A stretch of 64,000 nt of DNA, taken from contig JBITNC010000002.1 of the NCBI GenBank assembly GCA_050084985.1, positions 15,376,001 through 15,440,000 of the forward strand, written 5' to 3'. Under the pieces are notes generated by a model, which was not told the origin of the DNA, did not search any database, and saw nothing but the letters and a program-made list of their open reading frames with translations. Within the stretch, counting starts at the first letter, position 1; each line of letters begins with the position of its first letter. This document shows positions 53,682 to 64,000 of the stretch, in pieces. Origin of the DNA: Nageia nagi. Its lineage: Eukaryota > Plantae > Pinophyta. Position numbers and translations under genes: made by a program.

Positions 53682-56600
53682 TGAAGTAACTAATAATAAC
53701 AATATAATTCCTAAATAGCCAAGATCTCTTGAAAGCTCACAAACACATCTAAATAACTTATAAAGCAATCTCACAACATAACACAAGATGTAAGTGGTTC
53801 CTCCAACTAGAAGTACATTCACTAACTAGATCTCACTTCATTCACCAATATGAAGTCTTACAATCATCTTAAACTTTTCTCCTAAACTCTATCCTATAGC
53901 ATAACTTTACTCCATAAATTTAGTGTATGATCCAAAGAGGGAGCCTTCTATTTATAGGCCAAAATCCCTCTTTGGATCATACTTTTATCCAATGTACAAA
54001 AGCATGGCATGCACATCCTTTTACCCAAGGGGCATGCTCATGACATGGAGTGAAGGACAAGTTACATTATCATATTCACTTAACTACTTAAGGTATCAAA
54101 TGATACCATTAAGTATTAATGAACTTACATAGAAGATTATTACATAACCTTTACAATAATGCACTATACATTCCAACACTTCCCCTTAATGCAATATTGG
54201 GGTAGAGTGAATAAGAGAGAAGAAGGAGAGAAAGTAAGAGAGTTCTCCTCCAAATAGATACAACTAGAGATGAGAATTTTTTACATATTTGTGAAGTAAG
54301 CAAGATCTAATTTGAGATTCACTACTTTGCCAAATACAATCATTAACCATAATTGGCTTCAATGTATACGAAGTAGTCATCCAACTAGAAGTCATGAAGA
54401 GTCTTCAAGATCCTACATACTTGAAATAAGTAACCTGTAATCTCAAAGGAACCTATATGTCATGAGCAGCTCAAATAATAAGATCAGTTAGATGCAACAT
54501 ATTCATATCAACTAGGATAGATGAATCACATAAAATGCCATCATGAATTGATCAATGGTGCACTATAAGTCATCAAAAATATGCCAAGCCAAAAATCATA
54601 GTCATCTGTTGTATATAAATTATGTGTTGATTATCATTATAAAATAGAACATGCACATATGAGTTCCTCACATATGGATAATTGAACAATGTCAAAATAC
54701 ACATAAGAGTTCCTCACACATGGATAATTTAATAGTGATAGATTGGCCAATCTTTATGCTTTTAAAATTTGTACAAGTTCCTCATGCAGAGTAAACTTAC
54801 CATGAAAGTGTACAACAAAATAAACACTATACATCATAAAATCCTCCTAAGGGTTAAGTCATCATCACAAACATGAATTCAATATAAGAATTCAAACTTT
54901 GCTCCCCCTTGAGGGTAATTTCACCAACTCAATAACATCCCTAAGCTTACAATATTGAGCTTTCAAGAGGGGCTTGGTGAACAAATCAATAAAGTTCAAG
55001 TGGGTGGATAATACTCCAAGTGTATGATGTCATTAAGAACCTTCTCCCTAATAAAATGTGCCTAAATTTCCATATGTTTTATTCTTTGATGGAATATAGG
55101 ATTCTTAGCCAAAGAGATCATCGATTGATTATTTGAAGAGATCAAAGATGAGCCATCTTGTTCATACCTTATTTTTTCTGAAATATGCCTTAGCCAAATG
55201 GCTTCTTAGGCTACAACAAACATGGCACAGTATTCAACATCTATTGTGGAAAGAAAAATAGTAGGTTGCTTCTTGGAATCCCAAGAGATAGTACTTGAAC
55301 CAATGCTAAATAAATACATAGAGGTTGATTTTCTATCATCTTTATCTCTTCCATAATTAGAATATGAGAATCCAAAGAAAACAAATGAGGGAAAATTAGA
55401 ATACTTGAGAGCAAAGTCCTTAGTCCCTACAATATATTTCAATATTTGCTTAACAACATTGAGGTGCTCAATATATTTCAAATACTACCAATTACTTACC
55501 TGTAAGCTATAGCATCAACCAATTGAGACTTAAAGCTCAGAGAAATAATGATTCCAAAAAAGATTGGGATCATAGCATATCTACACTCCATTCCAAACTT
55601 TTGCAAAATATATAATATATACTTAGATTGACTAAGATAAGTACAATCCTTGTATTGATACACTTGCATTCTAAGATAATAGTGCAAGAGACCAAGATCA
55701 ACCATGTCAAATGTTATATTAAGTTTGGATATGTATTCTTGAGTGATTTCTTCATTATTCCTAGTTATCAGAAGATCATCCATATAGAACAAAATCAAGA
55801 CCACATATTTTCCCTGATTGACCACATATAGATCAATGCTAGAAAAACCCTTGGAGAAACCAATGTCTGTAAAATACCTTAAAATCTTTCTATACCAAGC
55901 TCTAGGTGCTTGCTTAAGTCTATATAATGACTTCTTTAGCTTACACATAAAAGAATCTTTGCCTTTCACATTAAACCCTTCTGGTTGATTCATGAATATT
56001 TTCACATCTAAGTCACCATTGATAAATGCCCTCTTGATATCAAGTTGAAAAACTTTCCATATTTGAGCTATAGAAAGAGTAAGGATAATTCTCATAGTAG
56101 GCATCTTTGTTATGTGAGCAAAAATTTCCTCATAATCTACACCATATTACTGAGCAAAGCCTTTGGCTACTAACCTTGCCTTGTATTTATCAATATCCTT
56201 AACAAAATTGAACTTGACCTTATAGATCTATTATTGCCAATCACATTAATCTCATTATGATAAGGAATCAAATCCTAAGTTTCATTTTTCATAAGCACCT
56301 CATACTTCACTTTTATGGTTTCCCATCCAGCACTCGTACTTAGAAGCTTCTTTGAAGGTTGAGGGCTCATTCTTGTTATCAATCTTAGAAAATAAGGATT
56401 TGTTCAAAGCCATGCTCCTTATTACCCTTTATGTTGGAGAATTTTATTATTGAGGTGACTTTTCTAGATTAATATCTAACTAGCTACATGTAACTAAATA
56501 GTCCACTATATCATCAACATCCTTATTAAAAGTAGATTCTTTAGAAAGTTCATTGAACTTTACATCCCTTGAAATAAACATAAATTTATAGGATGGAAAA

Positions 56601-59600
56601 TAGATATTGTAGCTTGTATGTTGACTATCATAACCCACAAAGATGCCTTTTTTAGCCCTTTTATCTAACTTCTTCCTTTTATTAGAAATAATATAGGAGA
56701 ATGCTTCACAACCAAACACCCTAAGGTGTGAAATGTTAGGTTTTATTCATGACCATGCCTCAAAAAATGTTTAACCCTGAACAACTTTTGTGGGACACCT
56801 ATTCAAGGTGTAAATAGTAATGCTTACTACTTCACCCCATAAGAAACTAGAAAGATTATCCAACGTGCATCTAGTCATTTCCATAATTATTCTATTTTTC
56901 TTTTTGATAACACAATTCTATCGAGGAGTGGAAGGAATTGTAAACTTACTATTGATTCCATACTTAGCACAATAATCATTGAAATCATTGTTATTATATT
57001 CTTTCCAGGATTTGATCTCAACATCTTGATTTTAAGGTTAGTTTGATTTTTAACAAAGGCCTTAAAAGTCTTAAAACTCTCAAAGGTTTGATCTTTGTGC
57101 TCATGTAGATACCTAAAGATCATTTTAATAAAGTTATCAATAAAGGTTAAGACGTAATATGCTCCTCCAAGTGACTTAGTTTGAAATGGACCCATCAAAT
57201 CTGAATGCATAAGTTGAAGAGGTTGAGATGCTTTTGTTACCTTATCTTTTTAAAACTTTTATCTATGCATCTTGCCAATAATGCACTTCTCACATAGACC
57301 AATCAAAGGAGAAAAATAAGGTAAACCTTCCATAAGTTCTTGGTATTTTATGAATTGAATGCTCTTATGGTTAAGGTGCCCTAAACATTGGTGCCAAAGA
57401 TTACTTCTAGAACACACACTTGTAGTAAGACATATCTTTGATGGTACTCGATCCACAATGTAGAGATCATCTTTTACTAACCCTTTAACCAACATGGTAA
57501 GTCCTTTCTTCATGCACCAAGATTGAGAGTTGAACTCAAAAAAGTAACCTTTTCTATCAACTTGGATCATGAAAAGAAGGTTCATCCTAAGCTTAAGAAC
57601 ATAGATCACATTATCAAGAACCTTCCTATGAATCAACACACTTTCAATTCCTTAGAATTCAAGGGTAGAGTTATCATCTATCACAATCATATCTTTTCTA
57701 TACTTGTGAAAGTTCTCAAACTTTTTCTTTTTAAAGCATAGGTGATTAGTGCAACTAGAGTCAACAATCTAATCAGATGAAAAAGTATGGGACATGGAGT
57801 AGGGCACCGTAGCAAAACTAGCTTGAATATTCTTTTTTCCTTTAAAGTTATTTACATTACCATTACCTTTGTTTTTTTTCTCTCTTTTTTTTGTAGCAAT
57901 CAACTTCTTTATGACCTTGGATGCCACAATAGTTACAATTACCATCAAACTTTTTCTTAGGATATGAATTGTTTGCTTTGCCTTTTCCATCTCTTTGCCT
58001 GAAGTGGTTGTTGTTACCATTGTTCCTACTATTATTGTTGTTGTTCCTATTTTTATTATTGTTGCCATTATTCTTGCTACTGTTATTGCCATTACCTCTT
58101 TTCTAAAAACCTTTTGGAGGAAGAAGGATAAAATTTCTTTTGATGGTTGAACTTCTTATTGAAATAAGTTTTGGTTACTCTAAAAATAACATTATTATCC
58201 TTAGAATAAAAAATCAACATCTTTTTATTAAGGGTTTTCTAATGCTTCAAAAGGAGCCTAGAAAGGTTCTCAAGGGAGAAGACTTCTTTTTCATCATCAA
58301 ACCTTATTTTCATAACTATCACAAAGTTTCCAAACTTTGAAGAAAGGCTTTGAAGAATAATAAAAACTATGAACTTATCATTGATCTAATTGCACCCACA
58401 AGCAACAAGTTAGGTCCTTAGGTTAATGATTTTGTTCTAGTTAGCCATATTTTCATCTTTCTCTTGATGAGATTGAAGTAAATTTTGGATAATAGTAAAC
58501 CTTCTTGAAAACTTTGAACCAAGGTACATTTGCTTAAGCTTATCATAAGCTTCCTTTATCGAGGTTACAGAGAAAATTATCAGGAGCATATCATCTGAAA
58601 TTGTATAAAAAATCATGGAGGTTGCCAACTCATTCTTTGTGTTGCCTCTAATGGCTTCTCATTTGTAGGAGTTACAAGGTTATCATTTACTATTTGCCAA
58701 AGCTTCCTTGCATGTAACTCAAGTCTCATTCATGGTTCCCAAATCCCAAAGTTAGAACACTTGAGAATGTGTTTGGGTAAGAAGTTATCTCCCATTTACT
58801 ACATAAGAATATGAATAAATAATAATCATATGGTTTAATAAATAACACTATATGTTAAATATTTACCAAGTAAATTTAACACTAGAGACATGCTTGATTT
58901 GATTCACAAGTGCAAATATTTTACAACTCAAATATACATCCCATGTACCCAATACTTTTGTCATCACCAAAAATCGTAGATGTAGAGTGAAATTATTGAG
59001 GCTTGTTTTCTTGTCTAAAATTAGGCCTTCACTTGGATGCCTACATAAGAGGAGCCCAAGTACTACCAATCCTCAACTAGTTCACCTTGATCAATAGTAT
59101 AGTTTCTCACAAGGAGAAGTACTTACTATTTATTGGATCAACCAAATTATTAATCTTGATTAGGTTTCAAGTTGTCCTCCTAAGTTATCAGGATAATCCC
59201 TAAATGGACATGCAGACATGTGGTATCACTACACGCATGTCTATTCACCTATTAGAGTTATGTCCAAACCAAAAGAGGACTTAGGGGCAATTGAGAAGTA
59301 CTAACTTTTCACCATTCGGATCATCAAACTTAAAAGCTCCAATCCACTTGTCTTCACTTCATGGCTCCCCAAACAAGTCATTTTACAAAATGTACATGCA
59401 GATGTGTTCATTTTAGGGGGATGCTCATTTCAATGTTTGCATTTTTGTTTACATAAGCAAATAAATCAAAATATGAAACATTAAGTAAAAGAGAATAAGT
59501 TAAACATCATCCATTCATAACTTGGAGCCTTAAGAGTCCAATGGGTGTTGTTTACTAACCTCTTAAAAGACATCTTTTCATAGGTCCATAATTTACACAA

Positions 59601-59950
59601 GTTAATTTTGCAAGAAAAATGATAAATACTTAAGCATAAGCATGCATTATTAAAATAAATAAGCATGTATCATTAATTAAGTTAACTTTGCATAAGGATA
59701 GACATGCCATAATTTACACAAGTCTATTAACTTTGCATAAGAAAATATTTAGCAGGCATCAATCCCATAACTTAAAAAATTAAGTATGCAACATTAGAAA
59801 AAATAAGGATGCATCATTAACTTAGTAAGTAATAAGCATGCATCTTTTAACTTAAAAATATAATTAGGGTGCATCATTTAACTTTAAAAAGTTAAGTAAT
59901 AAGGAATTTAGAAAGATAGATAGACATGTAATATCTAGATAAAAATTTAA
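53682..59950 (-). mobile_element. Decayed Ty1/Copia retrotransposon: gag-pol ~58795-54925, long 3' region, 3' LTR 54178-53682; 5' LTR not seen
   Basis: gag (NFGIW...LWQIV; C.YCG..GH), protease IVDSSCTNH, GAG-pre-integrase LWHQCLGH, integrase HSDLMGP...FID, FGC..KLD.RA..GIFVGY, RT QLDIKRAF.NG...LKKSLY.LKQAPRAW...YMDD, RNase H DRKSTS...ISW.SKKQ; PPT taaggggaag|tgttggaa. Confidence 0.95.
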
Positions 59951-60029
59951 GTAAAAGATTCATACAAAATTTCCCCTCTTTTACTTAAAAAATTTATCCC
60001 TTAGATATAGCATACTAGTTTTACTTTAG

Positions 60030-63000
60030 ATAAAAAATACTTGCATGTATAGTTTTTTTCTTGAAGTGGATGATATATCATTCATAATAATTAACATTTA
60101 TGAATCGAATGAGGATTTGAATAGATGCACTTTATGGAAAAGGTATGTATTTTCCTTATCATTAGCTATTTGGCTTATATGTGGGGATTTCAATATGGTT
60201 GAAAAGGTTATTGATAAGAAAAGAATTACCCCTAATAAATGGGCCCTCGAATAAAGGGAGGTGTGGTTCTTTATGAAAATAAGCTTAGGTTGTTTGACTC
60301 TAACGTGTATTTTTTGGCAAACCAGAGAACTTATGGTACATGTGGTCTAATTTCCAAGTTGTTGACGTAAGAGTTCTCAAATAAAATGATTGTACAATAT
60401 TTTTAGATCTTTGAGAAATCTCTTTGTCCCAATATCAATCCTTTGTACCATACATAAATACTATTCCAAGGCTTATCTCATATGATCATTATCCCATAAT
60501 ATTCAAATTAGAGATTACATCACTCCCTTAAAGATATTATAGATCCCAGTTCTTTCTTAATACACACTTTATTCAGATTGATGTCATGTTATACCACATA
60601 CATAATATGGTTGATTGAATGATGGAATGATATGATCATCTTCCACACAATTTCTCTTCTTTGTATTTTGGAAAAGAAGGTTGCATAATTTGATCACCAT
60701 TCTACCTCAACATTTGGAGATAAGCTAGCCAAATCCTCCATTCACTTAGAATCCAATCCTTTCAATTATTTACTCATAATACCATGTCTCTCAAATTAAG
60801 CATGATATCAAGTTAATGGAACTCTATGAAGTTAAAGGTGCTCAAATTGAAGCCCAACTGTAATTGTTTAAGATTGATGATAATGTCTCTAAATAATTTT
60901 TAACAACTAAGACCTCCATGGCAAGATATGCAATTCAAATCCATTGTTATGGATGGATTACAACTCATAACTTAATGTGAGATAACCAACTCTTTCATCA
61001 ACCATTACACATAAGTATTTACATCCTTTAACCATACACTTTAGATAGTTCCCAAGACCTATAGTGATATAAAGATATTGTGCCATCATGTGTGTCTCTG
61101 TATCAAAGAGTTAAGGATGAAAAATTTCTCTCCATTAAGGATATGGAGGAAGCTCTCTCTGAAATATCACATGGAAAAGTACCCAACCTAGATGGCTTTT
61201 TATGTGAGTTCTACAAAGCTTGTTGGGATTTTTTTAATCTTAATTTACAAGAAGTCTATTTAGAGTCCTTAAAGTTAGAAATCCTTGATCCTATCATTAA
61301 TGAGAGAAACATTAAGTTTATTCTTAAACAAGAGGATCCATAAATAATCACCAATAAGTGCCCTAATTGATTATTGAATGTTAGCTATAAGATTATTGGT
61401 AAGGTCCTTAACCTTCACTTTGATCCTTACTCTCTATGCTTATTCATCCAAAACAAATGGGTTTCATTCAAAATAAATATATTTTAGATAATATTATTTT
61501 AGTATGGGTAGGCATAAAATGGGCCTGCATTCAATCAATCAACAAGCCTTATTCATCAAACTTGATTTTGGAAAGGCATATAATTAGATTGAGTTATGTT
61601 TCATCCTATCCATGTGTCAAAGGTACTAGGTTTTGAAGATCAATTCATAAAAATAGTCCATATGTTATTTTGAGATACTTCAATGGTTCTTTCTTTGAAT
61701 ACTTTTTAGATGAAATTTATTGGGCTTCATTGGTTTGTAAGACAAGGGTGTCCTTTTGTTCCTTTCTCTATGTTTTAACAGTAAAGGCATTTAGATACAC
61801 CTCCTTGACATGTTTCTGAAGGAAGAATTTGATAATCAAGATTAACTTATCAATGACCACTTTGTAGATGACTCCTTCCTTATCATATAGGAATATGAGA
61901 AATATGTTTTAGAGGCCATGAAATGCTTGGATATTTTCTACAAATCCTCAAGTTACAATATTCAATAGAAGAGAAATTTTGTTATAAAAAATATCTATTT
62001 CCTAAACTTTCTTGGCTCACACAATTCTAGTAGAATTGGCTTATCCAATTAGAAGTATTCAAATTCTTAGGAATCCTTTTTACCTTCCAAGGTTTTCCTT
62101 CCCAACTATAGAGCTACATGATGACCAAGGTTGAAAAATTGTTATTTTATTAGATTTCCAAAAAATTATCCTTGGTTGGTAAATTCGAAATATGTTCCAA
62201 AGTTTTAACATGCACCCATGTGTACTACTCTTCATATTGGGTTCCTTCATAATCTTGTTATAACAAGTTGGAAAAACTCCTATGGGACTTCCTACAAAAA
62301 AGCAATATAGAGAGAAAATGATTTCATAGAGTAGCATGGAGTACTTGTTACTTCCTTTAGAGAATCAGGTGGCATGGGGCTACTAGATTGTAAATATCAA
62401 AGTATGACTCTTTGTGCCAAATAGATCATACAAGTTTTGAAAGGTTCAGAATCATGGAAGATTATTATTCATCATTTTATTTCTTCTAGTTTTCCTCTCA
62501 ATTGGAGGATATGGAAGGGTATGAATTAGATTCCTTCATTGATTCTTTTACAATTATTTATCAAAATTCTAGGCTCATTCATGATTAAGAGCATCTAGAA
62601 AGCTTAGCGGTAATTTCTCTCCTAGATCAAATGGAAAGGAGAGAATTTTTCACAAAGGCATATCTATTAAGAAGATCAATATTTGGTCATCATCTCTCTT
62701 TTATTATCAAGGCTCACCTCCAGCATAAATCTAATGGATATATGCTATAAAATTTTACAAGAGAGGCATTGTTCCTATTGTTGAATTCTTTTCATGAAAA
62801 ACCAATGATTGGATCCTTTGGAAGAGTTTTAAATCTATTTTCTATTTGGATAACGTATAAAAAGCTACATATGACACACTTATTCAGCTTACATATTTTT
62901 TTATGCTTCTTAAGATATGTGTGCACTCTCAAAAATCATGGTGGAAGGATTAGGGTTGGTATGTAAATACCCCTCTCCTCAATTACAAAAATTCCCTTGG

Positions 63001-63600
63001 CTATCATTGGCTTTCACCACCATCACCCACAGTCCCTTAGTTGAATGCAAAATAGGATCTTATTTCCAAACACATACAATGGAAACATTATTTCTTCTTA
63101 GTTTAGGTCTCATATCTTGAGCCCAATTTTTTTTTTTTTGGATCTTACTGCATCAAGGCCTTCCTTTAGGCTCTCGTTTACATCACTTAGGTGTCCTTAA
63201 TCCTAGATGTTCTTTTTGCAATAATCCCAAGTCAAGTATACATATTTTTTGGTCATGCATACATTCCAAAAGCACTTGGGAATGGGTAGCTTAATTTTTG
63301 CTCCACACATGCCCATTTCTTTCTCATGGCAATATGCATCATTAAGGGGATACTTTCACCCTCACACTTCCTTTATGGGAAGTATGGCAAATTTTTCGTG
63401 TCAGTTTATTATTCTATGTCTAGAAATCTAAAAATAAGATTATTTTCAAAAATATTGCACCATCCATGATTTTTTCTCTTTTTGATAAATTAGAATTTTT
63501 TTTAATGTGTGGCTACATATTATTGATTAGGATCATAAAGTTGAGATCGAGTTGTCCTACCTTCATACCCTTTTGGAGTATTGGGGCAATGCTCCTTGTG
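60030..63600 (+). mobile_element. Decayed L1-clade LINE ORF2 (endonuclease, RT, zf-RVT)
   Basis: WLICGDFNMVE; DHYPI; GKVPNLDGFLCEFYKACW; LLNVSYKII.K; Q.GFI..KYILDNI; RQGCP; FVDD; GGMGL; FWILLHQGLP...C.FC...SIHIFWSC. Confidence 0.9.
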
Positions 63601-64000
63601 TGGTTAGTAGGTTGCCTCCCAACAATTTCTCGCAGGAGCGCTTAATATCTCACTCACATTGTTGTCTTATGTTGTGCTTTTTGTCTTAGCATGTAGACTA
63701 TCGTTGGTTACAACCATCTTCGGTACATAAAATATTCAATGATGTAGGGTGATCTCCTCTTGCCACCATAGTGGATGGAACATACCACCTCCAGATGCTT
63801 CAATAGTAGGTATAGTTGCCTCAACTTTTAATAACACTTTGTGCAACGTGGATGGTCTCAACCAACTTCTCTTGTTTAGCCTACCACTGGGTGGGGAGAT
63901 GATATGGAAAAAGATGATAGCCTCTTTCGTGCCAATGATGGTTGGGATTTTCAGTCTATTCCCTCCAATCAATGGCAATGCATATTAGATTCAAAAGCAT

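Noticed and set aside
63736-63988. Opposing 80-aa and 79-aa ORFs at the window end
   Set aside because: No motif, and the region is cut by the window edge

Overview
AT-rich (roughly 70% A+T by eye), CpG/CHG-depleted plant nuclear DNA made almost entirely of decayed transposons; the RTE-X-like LINE hints at a non-seed land plant (inference). I can support only one intact host gene: a 3-exon, 99-aa, His-rich Snakin/GASA peptide gene (+, 49139-49589). The left third holds a decayed CACTA (En/Spm) transposase (-, ~1442-5388) inside a recent ~6.9-kb-period direct duplication that carries vertebrate-type (CCCTAA)n telomere-like repeats. Next comes the most unusual part, ~7.6-22.6 kb: three copies of a giant palindrome (arms up to ~2.3 kb, 28-nt loop). 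Its arms carry the first coding exon of a bark-storage-protein/nucleoside-phosphorylase-like host gene pointing into the loop. Two of the palindromes sit between a 1.35-kb inverted repeat pair that also encloses an intron-containing ALKBH9-like m6A demethylase fragment. The rest is Tat/Ogre, Gypsy and Copia LTR remnants, L1 and RTE-X-like LINE remnants, MITEs and short repeats. All alignments and translations were done by eye, so coordinates of decayed elements are approximate.
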